Source: Candidatus Latescibacterota bacterium (lineage in GTDB: Bacteria; Latescibacterota; UBA2968; UBA8231). Taken from it: a DNA stretch of 64,000 nucleotides. Positions 37,190 to 47,759 of this stretch are shown piece after piece. The number at the start of each line of letters is the position of its first letter. The stretch's first letter is position 1. A program made the position numbers and the translations under genes. The notes under the pieces were generated by a model. The model saw nothing but the letters and a program-made list of their open reading frames with translations. It was not told where the DNA came from and made no database searches. The stretch spans positions 2,848,001-2,912,000 of the forward strand of contig CBDFJF010000001.1 of the NCBI GenBank assembly GCA_965248265.1, read 5' to 3'.

Positions 37190-38620
37190 CTATAGCTGCT
37201 GTCTTCCGCCCAGTTGACGGTAGAGGTCGACGTAGACCCGGGCCACCGATTCAGAAGCACGGAATGAGCGCATCGGCCAATAGCCGAAGGCGTCGTGAAT
37301 TCGAATGTTGGAGTGAATGAAGTCTTCTGCCGGTTTCCCTACCATCGGTGCGTTGGGGTTATCAGGTCCGCACTCGTTGCTGGCAACGATGAGGTTGCCC
37401 TTGGTCTGCGGCCCGGCAATATAGCTGCCACCGCCCGCGTTCACATTCATGTAGAAGGCGTGGGTGTCGAAGGTCGATTCGCGAGCCTTGTCCTCGAATC
37501 CGCTGACACTCCCCTGCACATCACCACCGCTGGCCGGATGCAGCACCAGCCGGCAGCCGAACATGACCGGCAGCGTCTGCAACTCGGGGTAGCGGCGGTC
37601 ATGGCAGATGTGCAGGGAGACGGGCACCCCCTTGATATCGAACTCATTGATCCGAAAGCCGTGCCACATCTCCTGCTCCGCCGAGTGCACCTTGCGCGAT
37701 GTGTGCAGGATCTCGCCGTCGGGATCGTAGGTGCGCGAGCCGATGTAGCGCGTCTGCGCGAGGCCGTGCCCGGGTACCGCTTCCCAGACCGGCAGGCCGA
37801 CGATGACGAAGGGAGCACCAGGCAGGTCACGGATGAACTGTCGCAGCTTGTCCTCGGCTGCCTTGATCGGGCCGGGCTCCCGGGTTCGAGGACTGGTCGG
37901 GTACAGACCGGTGAGCGACGTTTCCGGAGTCACCAAGAGCTCGACCCCCGACTCGGCCGCCAGACACAACCCCCGGCAGATCGATTCCAGATTCTGTTCG
38001 ATTGAATCGATGTTGAGCACCTGGTAGCCGCCCAGGTGCAGGTACTCCGGCACACTCGATGGTGTACCCCGATGCACAAACTCCTCTAGCAGCACTTGCG
38101 CCCCACTCACCTGCACCCGCACCCCCATTTCTGGCAGCAGATCCTGGTCTTCGATGGCGAGAATGCGGTCGCCGTCCATGAACACGGCCACGTCAGCTCT
38201 CTTGATCAGGTCGCCACGGCCTTCGGACTTTTCGATCAGGATGGTATGGGATTGTCTCCCTGAGGACAGCACGGATTGATGGACCGTGGCCACCGGCTGT
38301 TGCAATCTCCAATCGCTGGTCCAGAAGGATACGGTGCCGGAGGCGAAATCGAGTTCGACACGGGCGTGCTCGTGTTGATCGGCTTCGAACCCGAAGCGGA
38401 GCCAACCCGTACTCGGTTCGGGAGTGTGAAAACGCAGCTCGATACTGTCGCCGTTGCGGGTGTGGACTCCGCGGCCTCGCAACTCGACGATCTCGCCCTC
38501 CGGGGGCGACAGGATGGCGCCGTCAGGAGTGATCTCCAGCCCGGCGTTACCCGCCAGCGACAGCTGCCAAGCGTGGTTAGTGCCCGTGAACTTGGTCTGA
38601 TCGAGGATCTCACTCATCAT
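37190..38620 (-). CDS. Carbon-nitrogen hydrolase (nitrilase fold) with N-terminal all-beta domain
   Basis: Catalytic triad TPE, RKVH, ICHD..YPE; ~185 aa beta-rich N-terminal extension. Confidence 0.82.
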   Translation of the reverse strand: MMSEILDQTKFTGTNHAWQLSLAGNAGLEITPDGAILSPPEGEIVELRGRGVHTRNGDSIELRFHTPEPSTGWLRFGFEADQHEHARVELDFASGTVSFWTSDWRLQQPVATVHQSVLSSGRQSHTILIEKSEGRGDLIKRADVAVFMDGDRILAIEDQDLLPEMGVRVQVSGAQVLLEEFVHRGTPSSVPEYLHLGGYQVLNIDSIEQNLESICRGLCLAAESGVELLVTPETSLTGLYPTSPRTREPGPIKAAEDKLRQFIRDLPGAPFVIVGLPVWEAVPGHGLAQTRYIGSRTYDPDGEILHTSRKVHSAEQEMWHGFRINEFDIKGVPVSLHICHDRRYPELQTLPVMFGCRLVLHPASGGDVQGSVSGFEDKARESTFDTHAFYMNVNAGGGSYIAGPQTKGNLIVASNECGPDNPNAPMVGKPAEDFIHSNIRIHDAFGYWPMRSFRASESVARVYVDLYRQLGGRQQL

Positions 38621-39671
38621 CGTCAGGATTCCATATGGTCATGGCAATGTGCTGCTCTTCGTGCTCTACAGTAGTGAAGTAGTAGACGCTGACGATTTTG
38701 CCGTCCGGCCGCACGGCCGATCGGGGATACCCCAGGTCCCAGGTACGGCCATCGTCGCGCAGAACGATCTCGTCACCCCAGGTCTGACCCTCATCCGAAC
38801 TGAGTCGCGCCCGTATTCCACCATCCACTTGCGCTCGGTAACCGTACACGACCGCCAGGCGCCCGTCCGCAAGCAACACTGTGCTCGGCGGATTGCCATT
38901 GTGCGCAATGTGCGCGTCCTGGGTAGCGGCTATGCGGCTGAGATGGCGCCAGCTGACTCCCTCATCCGTCGACTCCACCGCATCGACCCAGCACTGCTGA
39001 TGGCCGTGGTCGCTACGCCGACGCAGCGCGGAAACCAGGATGCCGGACGACAGCCTGACCGTAGAAGGCATGACCGAGCGAGTCTGCTGGTCCTCGGGAA
39101 GCATCGCAGACAACACCTCGAAGGTCTTGCCTCCATCACTGGTGCGAGCAGCGAGCGCGCGGTCGGGCAAGCTCGTCGATGCCATGCCGTCGGGCCGGTA
39201 GGAAACGAAGAAAAGGGCCTCGTGCCGTCCCAGGACATGGTAGTCCGTGCGTGATGTCAGAATGCCGCCCAGATCCAGCCCTGTCAGTTTGAAGGGCCCC
39301 GCCCAGGTGTGACATCGATCACTCGACACCAGGATTTGTCTTCGCCGGCATCGGATGGCCAGATCCGGGTGGGTAAAATCGATGGGGCTTTCCAGGGAGG
39401 CTTCCTGCGTGTCGGGCTGTTTCTCACCGAAGGCTGGCCCCTCGGGAAAGTTGTCGGGCTCCTCGAGCTGCCAGCTCTCGCCCGCGTCCAGACTTCTGCC
39501 AATCACGCAGACCTGGGGTGCCTCTCCGTCCACGGAATGATTGTCTGTCTGCTCACGGTACCTACCCCGGGTGAAACCGACGGCGATCTCCTCACCCCAC
39601 GTCCAGATGCCACAGTTAGCCGGCCAGGCATAGAACACGCCGGGATCGTGACGGACGATCAGATGCCGCAT
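38610..39671 (-). CDS. BNR/Asp-box sialidase-like protein
   Basis: SLDAGESW, TSDGGKTF, STDEGVSW, SSDEGQTW, DLGYP. Confidence 0.82.
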   Translation of the reverse strand: MRHLIVRHDPGVFYAWPANCGIWTWGEEIAVGFTRGRYREQTDNHSVDGEAPQVCVIGRSLDAGESWQLEEPDNFPEGPAFGEKQPDTQEASLESPIDFTHPDLAIRCRRRQILVSSDRCHTWAGPFKLTGLDLGGILTSRTDYHVLGRHEALFFVSYRPDGMASTSLPDRALAARTSDGGKTFEVLSAMLPEDQQTRSVMPSTVRLSSGILVSALRRRSDHGHQQCWVDAVESTDEGVSWRHLSRIAATQDAHIAHNGNPPSTVLLADGRLAVVYGYRAQVDGGIRARLSSDEGQTWGDEIVLRDDGRTWDLGYPRSAVRPDGKIVSVYYFTTVEHEEQHIAMTIWNPDDDE

Positions 39672-39685
39672 CGATCCTCACCCAC

Positions 39686-41125
39686 CTATGCGTACCAGTC
39701 GTAGATGCCCGGACCGGTGCGCTTGACCATCTCCGCAATCTGCTGCCGCAACTCCTGCACACGCTGCTGTTGGGCGTTGTCGCCAGCTAGGTTCGCCATC
39801 TCGTCCGGATCATTATCGAGATCGTACAACTCGTCTTCGTCGGTGCGATTCCACACGTACTTCCATGCCCCGTCTCGTACCATCACATGCGCGGCCAACT
39901 CCTCCGGTTCCTGGGTCCTGCCCGTGATCGCCTGCCAGGAAGCGATCTCGGCAAACACAGGCACCTCATCGGGCTCTTCGCCACAACGAATAGCGGCGGC
40001 GATGCTGCGCCCGTCGATCTTGTCTACATCGACCTCGATGCCGCACAGCTCAGCCAGTGTCGGCATCAAGTCGACCCCACCAAGAGGAGTGCGCATGCGC
40101 TGACCGGCGGGAATGCCTGCCGGCCACGACAGCACACAAGGTACACGCACCGAACCTTCATAGAGAACAACCTTGGTGGTAAAGCCGTGATCCCCCAGCA
40201 TCTCGCCGTGGTCGCTGATGAACGCGATCACCGTGTTCTGCCGCTGGTCGAGCTCCTCCAGTCGCCGGACCAGCCTGCCCACCTGCGCGTCGATGTGGGA
40301 TACCAGGGCATAGTAGTGGGCCATCATGCGGCGGAACTCAGCTTCATCCACGTCCACGCACAGACGTCCTGTTCCCAGATGCTGGGATGCCGGCTTGCCC
40401 TCCAGCGGATCTGCCCAGGTGGAAGGCAAGGCGATATCCTCCTCCGGGTATAGCTCTACCCACTCCGGCGCCACGGCGATCAGCGGGTGCGGGTCCTTGA
40501 CGCTCAGAAACAAGAAGTAGGGATCATCGCCTGCACCTTCGATGAACTCGATCCCCTGATCGACCGTCCACGTTGTCCGTTGCTGTCGCGGATCGTCAAG
40601 CGTCGCGTACGGCATGTGATAGCCGGGATCGACGACGCCCTCCTTGCTGGTGTATACGTTGATGATGCCTTCGCTTTCAAAGTAATTGACGAGCCGGTCA
40701 GGATTGCCCTCACCCTGGTAACGGTAGGTGCGCCAGAAGGACTCGAACCCGTGTTGGGGCCGATGATCATCCCCCAGGTGCCAGGGACCGGATATGCCGC
40801 AATCGTACCCCGCGGCATTGAACAGATCACCCAGTGTTGGACACTCGGCGTGCATCTGCGCCCAGAGGATCTTCTTCTTACCCCCGGCATTGACCAGTTG
40901 GCCTGTGGCATGTGGATAGAGCCCCGTCAGCCAACTCGCCCGCGCCGGCGAGCACACCGGCGAGGCGCAGTAGGTCTGCTCGCACAGGACCCCACTCGTG
41001 GCCAGCCGATCGAGATTGGGTGTATGCAGCTGGTTTTGAATCTGCTCTGATTGTGCAAACCCAGCACTGTCGTGGCGCATCTGGTCGCACATGATCAGAA
41101 TGAGATTGGGTCGGTCGCTTGCCAT
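39686..41125 (-). CDS. Formylglycine-dependent sulfatase
   Basis: PNL...DQ, CSPARASWLTG, SDHGEMLG, ELYDL..DP.E..NL. Confidence 0.93.
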   Translation of the reverse strand: MASDRPNLILIMCDQMRHDSAGFAQSEQIQNQLHTPNLDRLATSGVLCEQTYCASPVCSPARASWLTGLYPHATGQLVNAGGKKKILWAQMHAECPTLGDLFNAAGYDCGISGPWHLGDDHRPQHGFESFWRTYRYQGEGNPDRLVNYFESEGIINVYTSKEGVVDPGYHMPYATLDDPRQQRTTWTVDQGIEFIEGAGDDPYFLFLSVKDPHPLIAVAPEWVELYPEEDIALPSTWADPLEGKPASQHLGTGRLCVDVDEAEFRRMMAHYYALVSHIDAQVGRLVRRLEELDQRQNTVIAFISDHGEMLGDHGFTTKVVLYEGSVRVPCVLSWPAGIPAGQRMRTPLGGVDLMPTLAELCGIEVDVDKIDGRSIAAAIRCGEEPDEVPVFAEIASWQAITGRTQEPEELAAHVMVRDGAWKYVWNRTDEDELYDLDNDPDEMANLAGDNAQQQRVQELRQQIAEMVKRTGPGIYDWYA

Positions 41126-41203
41126 GGATGAAAGAATAGCCGAATCAATCACCACTCGACAGGTTGTCGATTGCGCTCCCCGTTTTTCGTACCCTACATC
41201 CAG

Positions 41204-41233
41204 TGTGAGTTACTGATGTGAGTGAGTTACTGA
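41204..41233 (+). repeat. Mosaic short duplication (gtgagttactga x2; tgtgagt x2) at the 5' edge of a gene remnant
   Basis: Copies at 41205-41216 and 41222-41233. Confidence 0.85.
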
Positions 41234-41541
41234 CAAACGCCGAGGGCGATCACGCCACCCGCATGGTGCGCGACCAACGCCACAAGCTGATCTACTACCC
41301 GGTGGGCAATCGCCTGCAGTTGTTCGACCTGGCAAGGGATCCACGCGAAGAGCACAACCTGGCAGGCAGTGCCGCCCATGCGGATATAATTGCGAATTTG
41401 GCGACCGAGCTTGTGAGCCGTCTGTACGGTGACGACCTGACGTGGGTCAGCGACGGCAAGCTGGTTGGAGAACCTGACCGCGAGGCGACTCCGCCTCGAC
41501 ACCGGGATCTGGCAGGTCAGCGGGGAATCCGGTTCGTGTAA
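41218..41541 (+). pseudogene. C-terminal remnant of a sulfatase gene
   Basis: RMVRD..HKLIYYP.....QLFDL..DP.E.HNLA is a sulfatase tail; no catalytic N-terminal domain. Confidence 0.8.
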
Positions 41542-41562
41542 GAGACGACGTTCAGTCGCCCC

Positions 41563-42258
41563 CTACTCCCGCTTGTCGAGCGGCACGATGGACTTGGCCT
41601 GCGGATGGTATCCGATGGCTTTGCGGCCGTGCTCGACGTCGTACAAAGGCCAGTCGCTGTCAGAGACGCCGAAGACGCGCTCGTGCGTGCCCCCGGAATG
41701 GTTTATGGCCGCTTCGAAGACGGCCACGCAGTCACCGTGGGTGAGACGGTGAGGGTGGTCAGGCACATCCGGTTCGTCTGGGTCGACGCCGCCGATGCGG
41801 ATGGAGACCACGTTCATGCCATAGCGCGACGCGTACATGTCACCGAACCCCTCACCGAGCAACTTCGTGAGCGTGTAGTAGGAATCCGGGCACGGAAGTA
41901 GATCGGCCGTGCGTTGAACCGAACGCGGAATACGTGAACCGGGGAAGAGACCGGCGCGGCTGGCAAAAGCGATATGCTCAACACCGTTCTGCCGAGCCGA
42001 TTCGAAGACATTGTAGGTTCCCGTCATCGACTGCAGGGCCTGATCCCATTCGCTGCCGACGTTGATCAGATGTATGACCGCGTCCATGTCTTCCGTCACC
42101 TTGCAGACGGTATCCCAATCGGTGATGTCGCCGATAACCGTATCCTGTAACAGCGGCATCTCCTTCATGTCCAGGCCACGCAACTGGTAGCGGTCCTTCA
42201 AGCCGTTGGTCAGAACGGTGCCGATCGTGCCGGCTGCACCGGTTATGAGCACTCGCAT
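41563..42258 (-). CDS. NAD-dependent epimerase/dehydratase (uronate dehydrogenase-like)
   Basis: ITGAAGTIG, FAS, Y..TK, SIRIG, GVSD. Confidence 0.87.
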   Translation of the reverse strand: MRVLITGAAGTIGTVLTNGLKDRYQLRGLDMKEMPLLQDTVIGDITDWDTVCKVTEDMDAVIHLINVGSEWDQALQSMTGTYNVFESARQNGVEHIAFASRAGLFPGSRIPRSVQRTADLLPCPDSYYTLTKLLGEGFGDMYASRYGMNVVSIRIGGVDPDEPDVPDHPHRLTHGDCVAVFEAAINHSGGTHERVFGVSDSDWPLYDVEHGRKAIGYHPQAKSIVPLDKRE

Positions 42259-42268
42259 GATATTCCCC

Positions 42269-43285
42269 TTAGTTGGGTGATGGGTTGGGATTTCGCCGCT
42301 CACAGCCCCAGCACTCGCAGCCGGTGCACGGCGGCGTTCCCCTGGGCCGGACGAAAAAACCGACCGAGTCCACCGAGGCGGAGCCGAACAGGCCGATCCC
42401 GTTCTCGACATGGAAGAGTGGCCGCTGAAAACCCTGGCCGGCCTCGCCGCTGCCCCTGTCCGCATTCACGTTGTCGGTGCGCACCAGGTCGAACCAGTTC
42501 GCGTCAACGGCGTAGAACTTGATTTTGTAACGCCCCGAGAACTGGACGCTGAACCAGGGCAGATAGAGCGACCCGTCTTCCACCCTCAGCGGGGGCGAGG
42601 TCTCATCACGTGAAATCACGTCCTCGTCGATCCAGTCGTTGTCGAACAGCAGCGGGCTGGAGTGCTCCAGGTTCGACACGGCGACCTGGTAGGAGGCGCC
42701 GCCGCCGTCGGGTTGGAGCCGGGCCTTCAGCACACCCTCGAGGTATTCCAGCTGGTTTTCCGCCGCCCCGTAGACCTGGTCGCCAATCTCGGAGAACAGA
42801 CGCAGGCGCCGCAACACAGTCTCCTCGTCGTCGTCACCTTGAGGATCCACCAGCTCCAGCTCGCCGATGTTCATGCGTTGCGGCGTGTGCGTCGTCGCGC
42901 GCACGACCGCATCGTCTCCCACCTCCACCCGCAGCTCATAGGTGCTTCCGGGTTCGACCAACGGTGCCGCGGCCGGCGGTAGATAGCGTCCGGCCGCATC
43001 CGGGTCAGAACGGTAATCGAACACGATGTCGCCGATCTGTATGGAGACACTGGCTCCAACCAGGGCCGTCTCCTCCGCCGCATAGGGAATACCGGGAGGT
43101 GCCGTGCGCCGCAGAAAGAGGGAGGGCAGCGGCGCGTCGACGATGAGGATGGCATCGACAACGATCAGGTTGTCCTCACTGGGCCCGAACAGATCATCCG
43201 GGTCGCGGTCTGCGGCCAATGGACCCGGCGCACCACAGGACAGGTGCGGTAGGAGACCGAGGAGGAGGAGGATCAGGATGTGCAT
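42269..43285 (-). CDS. DUF4249-like lipoprotein partner of the TonB receptor
   Basis: Lipobox-like LSCG; VENGIGLFGSA motif; directly downstream of the receptor. Confidence 0.72.
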   Translation of the reverse strand: MHILILLLLGLLPHLSCGAPGPLAADRDPDDLFGPSEDNLIVVDAILIVDAPLPSLFLRRTAPPGIPYAAEETALVGASVSIQIGDIVFDYRSDPDAAGRYLPPAAAPLVEPGSTYELRVEVGDDAVVRATTHTPQRMNIGELELVDPQGDDDEETVLRRLRLFSEIGDQVYGAAENQLEYLEGVLKARLQPDGGGASYQVAVSNLEHSSPLLFDNDWIDEDVISRDETSPPLRVEDGSLYLPWFSVQFSGRYKIKFYAVDANWFDLVRTDNVNADRGSGEAGQGFQRPLFHVENGIGLFGSASVDSVGFFVRPRGTPPCTGCECWGCERRNPNPSPN

Positions 43286-43293
43286 GACTGATC

Positions 43294-45888
43294 TCAGAAT
43301 TTGAAGTCGATACCGAAGGTAGGCATTATGGGCAGCATCTTTACAACGGCTGGTTTCTCGCCTGTGTTGTCGGGATCGTACTGGATGAACCATTCGTTGC
43401 GGCGGTTGTAGATGTTAAAGACTTGCAGGTAAAACTCGACATCCGCGCCGAAGAGTCTCCCCTGGCGCCGCATCCCGATATCCAGGCGATGGTAGGGCAG
43501 TAGCCGGGCCGTGTTGCGCCACGCCGCCAGGTATCGATCAACCGGAAGGTCAGAGGCCGGTTCACGCAGCGTATAGCGAGCCGACGCCGGCGTGTAGGCC
43601 TGGCCCGTACCATAGACGAAATTCGCCGTCCAGCTCCACTTGGCAAAGCGATAGGTCCCCGTCAGCGACAGGTCATGTCGCCTGTCGTACTTGGGTGGAA
43701 AGGAGCGGCCGCCGTCAATCTCCGGGAACGTCCGCCGCGTCCATCCCAGGGTGTAACCCAGCCAACCGCTGAGGCGTCCCCGGCGCTTCTCGGCAAACAG
43801 CTCCAGGCCGGTGGCATAGCCCTCGCCTCCGGTTTTGAAGATGTCCTCGGAAGTCTCCTGTTCAATGTTTTCCTCCGCCTCCTGGTCGATGACCACCAGG
43901 TTGGCCATGTCGGTGTAGTAGGACTCAAGGCTGATCCGATAGGTGGTGGAAGGCTCCCACTCCAATCCCGTAACCCCCTGCCAGGAGCGCCCGGGCTCCA
44001 CCGTCTCGTCAAGGGAGACCCAGACGTCGCCGCCACTGAAGCCCTCCGTAGATACCAATTGTAAGTACTGACGGTAGCTGCCTCCGGCCAGCTTCAGGCG
44101 CAATCCAGGCTGCAGCGCATGACTGATGGACAGGCGCGGATTGACGAACAGTCGCCCACCCTCCTCATAGTAGCTCGTGCGCAGGCCCAGACGCGCCTCC
44201 GTCAGTGGGGTCACCTTCCAGTTGTCCTGGACGTAGGTCGACAGCAGGTAAGGCTTGACGACCTCGTTGCCCTCGTACTGGTCGAACTGCCAGCCGTAGT
44301 CGAAGCGGTAGAGGGTGAGATCGACTCCGGTGCGTACGGTGTGATCGGCAGAGGCGAAGTAGTCCAGGTCGCCTTTGAGGGTGATGTCGCGGACGCGGTT
44401 GCGCAGTGCGATGGGCGTGCCGAAAAAGTCGACGCTGATGTCACTGTTGTACTTGGAGTACAGGGCGATCATCCGCCCGAACAGAGCCGGTGAGAACACG
44501 TGCGTCCAGCGCCCGGTCACCGCCCTGTTGCCCCAGCTGTTGCCGAAGGCAAAGGTGTTGACGCTGTCGGCCACAGCAATGTCGAGATGGTCATCACCCC
44601 CGTAGGCGCTGATCATGAGGTTATCGTTGGGGCTCAGCTGGGTGTTGACCTTGGCGTTGACGTCGTAGAACCAGTACCCCAGGCCGTCCAGGTCGTCGAC
44701 GGCCCCCCGGATCAGGCGCAGCACGGGGTCGATGTAGGTACGCCGGCCGGCCACCATCCAGGACCCGTTACCCAGGGGGCCCTCTGTCATGAGCCGGCTC
44801 GAGATCAGGCTGATGCCGCCGCTGGTGCTGAACTCACGGCGGTTGCCGTCCCGGTTCTGCACGTCGAGGACAGCGCCCAGGTTGCCGCCGTATTGTGCGG
44901 GATAGACGCCCTTATAGAAGGTGACGTCCTTTATAGCGTCAGGGTTGAAGGTGGAGAACATGCCGAAGGCGTGCGATGGATTGTAGAGCCGCATCTGGTC
45001 GAGCATGATGCCGGTCTGGTCGGGTCCACCCCCGCGCACGTAGAGCCCGCTGCTGAAATCCGACGCCGTCTGCACCCCCGGCAACAGCTGCAGAGATCGC
45101 AGCAGGTCGGGTTCGCCCATGGCCGGCATCTTCTGCAGACTCTTCATCTTGAGATTGACAACGCTCGGCTGGTGTCGAAGCTCATTTTCCAGCGGACTCG
45201 CCTCAGCCGTCACCACGACTCCGCCGATGTGCACGGACTCCCGCTCCAACTCGATGTCCCGTCGCAGTTGCTGGCCTGTTGCCAGCGAGAGCGTGTCCCG
45301 GTACGTCGCGTAGCCTATGTAGGAGACGGTTACGATACATGTCCCCGGTGGAATGTCCGGTACGGCGTAGTAACCCTCCGAGTTGGTCATCGTGCCCATC
45401 AACGGATGATCGTGCGGGGGATCCTCGACGGCGACGGCGACCGAGGCGCTTGGCAGACTCTCGCCGTCGCTGTGATCCCTGACAAAACCACTGAGCGTGC
45501 CCGTAGGTTGCTGGCTCTTGGCAACCATTGACGGCACGATGGCCAGTTGTCCCTCACTCGTAACCAGCAGTTCCGTGCCCGTCTTCTCCATCACAAAAAT
45601 CAGGGCTTCCAGGGCGTGCACGTCCGCCATGCGTACGGTCATTCTCATATCGACCGGAATGCGACTCCGGTTGTAGTTCAGCGAGAAGTTGCCTTTGCGC
45701 GCAATTTCTGCCAGCGCCGCCTCGAAAGGCACGTCTACCAGATCGATGGATACAGTTGTGAGTACGGACTTGGGCACTCTCAGCCCGTCGAACTCGATGA
45801 AGGAGGTCTGTGCCGGTGCGGGGTTGGATACAGCGGCCAGTACGGCCACCATGGAAATCCAGGTCGAAACACTCTTGTAGGGACGCAA
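43294..45888 (-). CDS. TonB-dependent receptor with STN signalling and carboxypeptidase-like domains
   Basis: Signal peptide, STN-like N-domain, G.V.D...GE.L, LPGV, VRGG..DQ plug, YDRRH, C-terminal FKF. Confidence 0.92.
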   Translation of the reverse strand: MRPYKSVSTWISMVAVLAAVSNPAPAQTSFIEFDGLRVPKSVLTTVSIDLVDVPFEAALAEIARKGNFSLNYNRSRIPVDMRMTVRMADVHALEALIFVMEKTGTELLVTSEGQLAIVPSMVAKSQQPTGTLSGFVRDHSDGESLPSASVAVAVEDPPHDHPLMGTMTNSEGYYAVPDIPPGTCIVTVSYIGYATYRDTLSLATGQQLRRDIELERESVHIGGVVVTAEASPLENELRHQPSVVNLKMKSLQKMPAMGEPDLLRSLQLLPGVQTASDFSSGLYVRGGGPDQTGIMLDQMRLYNPSHAFGMFSTFNPDAIKDVTFYKGVYPAQYGGNLGAVLDVQNRDGNRREFSTSGGISLISSRLMTEGPLGNGSWMVAGRRTYIDPVLRLIRGAVDDLDGLGYWFYDVNAKVNTQLSPNDNLMISAYGGDDHLDIAVADSVNTFAFGNSWGNRAVTGRWTHVFSPALFGRMIALYSKYNSDISVDFFGTPIALRNRVRDITLKGDLDYFASADHTVRTGVDLTLYRFDYGWQFDQYEGNEVVKPYLLSTYVQDNWKVTPLTEARLGLRTSYYEEGGRLFVNPRLSISHALQPGLRLKLAGGSYRQYLQLVSTEGFSGGDVWVSLDETVEPGRSWQGVTGLEWEPSTTYRISLESYYTDMANLVVIDQEAEENIEQETSEDIFKTGGEGYATGLELFAEKRRGRLSGWLGYTLGWTRRTFPEIDGGRSFPPKYDRRHDLSLTGTYRFAKWSWTANFVYGTGQAYTPASARYTLREPASDLPVDRYLAAWRNTARLLPYHRLDIGMRRQGRLFGADVEFYLQVFNIYNRRNEWFIQYDPDNTGEKPAVVKMLPIMPTFGIDFKF

Positions 45889-45902
45889 AAAGAATTTGGC
45901 CG

Positions 45903-46961
45903 TTATTGGATAGCTCTTGGTTTCAGTCTTACCGAACCTTCTGAGCGCTGGTACTCCAGACTGGTTAGAGCTGAGATCAACTCGAGAACATCTTCCAAAG
46001 GCTGCGCCGGGACGTGAATGGTCAGTTGCTCATCCGCCATCGTTTCGTCGTCGAGAGTGAATTCGACGTCATACCAGCGCTCCAGCTGATACAGGATCTC
46101 ATGCAGCGGCGTGTTGTCGAAGAACGCTTCGCGCTGCATCCACCCCAGCTGTTTTCGGATATCGACATCCCGTGGCGCGGTCGGCGATCCGCCATTGGCC
46201 AGGGTACTCATCTGGCCGCCGGCGATCTCGACAGCGTCACGGTTTCTTCCTTCAGGCCCGAGTGAAACCCTGCCTTCTGCCACCGCCACGACGACCCGTT
46301 GCTCCGGCTGCCATGCCCTTACGTTGAATTGAGTCCCCAGCACCTCTACGACTGCTCCGTCGGCGTGAACGACGAACGCTTTCCCCACAGGCGCCACCTC
46401 GAAATAGCCCTCCCCGCTGAGAAAGACCGTGCGCTCGCCGTCGTCGAAAATCTCCGGGTACCGCAAGGTGCTCCCAGCATCCAGCCGTACCCGGGTGCCG
46501 TCGCTCATGATGATCTCGTCGTGGGATCCGCTTTCGACAGCCAGCGTCACCCATTCGGCACTCGTGTTGCTGGAGGGAGTCGCCACTTCCTGAGACCCGT
46601 AGTACACCAGCGAGCAAGCTACCAGCAGGACAGCCGCTACGGCGTAGCGCCTGATGGCGTGCGGCTGCGGCTGAAACCACTCGGCCAGTCGGCCCAACAA
46701 GTGTCCGCCATTGCGGTCCTGGGTCAACTCAGGTGCTGAGCCAGAGATGGCCGTTTCGTCGGCAATCTCGCTCCACAGCCCGTTCACATCGGACGCCCCG
46801 GAATAAGGCTCCGGGGCATCCCACACGTTGCTCATGGAAGCAATGAGGCGCTGCTTCTCAGGGTCCGACGCGATCAGGGTTTCTACCTCGATCTGCTCCT
46901 CTTCAGAGCATTCACCCGATAGATAACGCGCCAGCAACTCCCACTCGGATGGCGTGCTCAT
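45903..46961 (-). CDS. FecR-family anti-sigma factor
   Basis: LARYLSGECS, single TM, DGT.V.L, L.GEGYF.V, VLGT.FNV, LERWY. Confidence 0.92.
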   Translation of the reverse strand: MSTPSEWELLARYLSGECSEEEQIEVETLIASDPEKQRLIASMSNVWDAPEPYSGASDVNGLWSEIADETAISGSAPELTQDRNGGHLLGRLAEWFQPQPHAIRRYAVAAVLLVACSLVYYGSQEVATPSSNTSAEWVTLAVESGSHDEIIMSDGTRVRLDAGSTLRYPEIFDDGERTVFLSGEGYFEVAPVGKAFVVHADGAVVEVLGTQFNVRAWQPEQRVVVAVAEGRVSLGPEGRNRDAVEIAGGQMSTLANGGSPTAPRDVDIRKQLGWMQREAFFDNTPLHEILYQLERWYDVEFTLDDETMADEQLTIHVPAQPLEDVLELISALTSLEYQRSEGSVRLKPRAIQ

Positions 46962-46972
46962 CTCTCCTCCGT

Positions 46973-47644
46973 TTAAAAACGCATCGACAGCTGCGCTCCG
47001 AGGTTGCGGCGTTCGAGGTCAGCCTTGGGAACCACGCTGAACTTGTACCCCGCTGACTGGCCATACTTGTACCTCACAGCGTCACGCTTTCTCTGGATCG
47101 TTTTTGTGCCCTGGATCAGGTCATGAAGCACCTGGCCCACTACCAACCCCGCACCCACAACGATGAGTGCAATCCCCCCACCCCCCTTGGTCTTGTGATC
47201 GAGTTTCCTCAGCTGGTAGTTGAGTTCTCCTGCTTCTTCCTCGACGGGAACCTTCTCGTAGCGCTCTATTGTCCCGTTTTCTCCCGTTATATCGATGATT
47301 TCGAGATCGGTCTTCTTCCACTGGTTGTCCTTCTCGTCGACGATGGCTGCACCGGCGATGATGGAGACGACCCCCAGGGCAGCGGCACCCACATGCTTCC
47401 ATCCTGCCCTGCTTTCGCCGGCATAAAAATGCACCGTCCCGGGCAGCGGCACCGACATCAGGAACAGACCAACGCCCAACCTGCGATTGGCATCGGTGTA
47501 CTCCTCGAACGTCATTTCAGCTGGCACTGGCCAGATGGGGACCTCATTCAGCAGATCCCCGCCCGCTTGAGCCGCCGCTTGCTCTACAGAAAGCAACGAG
47601 GACGCGAGCTGCAGTGCCGCGACAAATCCGATAATCTTTCTCAC
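46973..47644 (-). CDS. Hypothetical exported/membrane protein
   Basis: GTG start after ggagg; signal peptide; PG..HFYAGE plus hydrophobic segments; ends LSMRF. Confidence 0.7.
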   Translation of the reverse strand: MRKIIGFVAALQLASSLLSVEQAAAQAGGDLLNEVPIWPVPAEMTFEEYTDANRRLGVGLFLMSVPLPGTVHFYAGESRAGWKHVGAAALGVVSIIAGAAIVDEKDNQWKKTDLEIIDITGENGTIERYEKVPVEEEAGELNYQLRKLDHKTKGGGGIALIVVGAGLVVGQVLHDLIQGTKTIQRKRDAVRYKYGQSAGYKFSVVPKADLERRNLGAQLSMRF

Positions 47645-47683
47645 GATAGACCTCCAGGTTCAGTTCGGGATTTCATTTGTAGG

Positions 47684-47710
47684 TAATACCCTTCAGGCTC
47701 CTGTTACCCT
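47684..47710 (-). promoter_or_regulatory. Candidate ECF-sigma promoter for the fecR/TonB receptor operon
   Basis: AGGGTA-15 bp-GTATTA just after the sigma gene terminator; assignment by position and resemblance only. Confidence 0.35.
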
Positions 47711-47720
47711 GACAGGCTCC

Positions 47721-47759
47721 AAAAAAAAAATTCCCTGCCCGAATACCTCAAGCACGGGG
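47721..47759 (-). terminator. Intrinsic terminator after the ECF sigma gene
   Basis: Hairpin tgcttga/tcgggca closed by ccc/ggg, followed by a 10-T tract on the minus strand. Confidence 0.6.

Noticed and set aside
47721-47730. A10 homopolymer as a phase-variation tract
   Set aside because: Better explained as the U-tract of the sigma gene terminator
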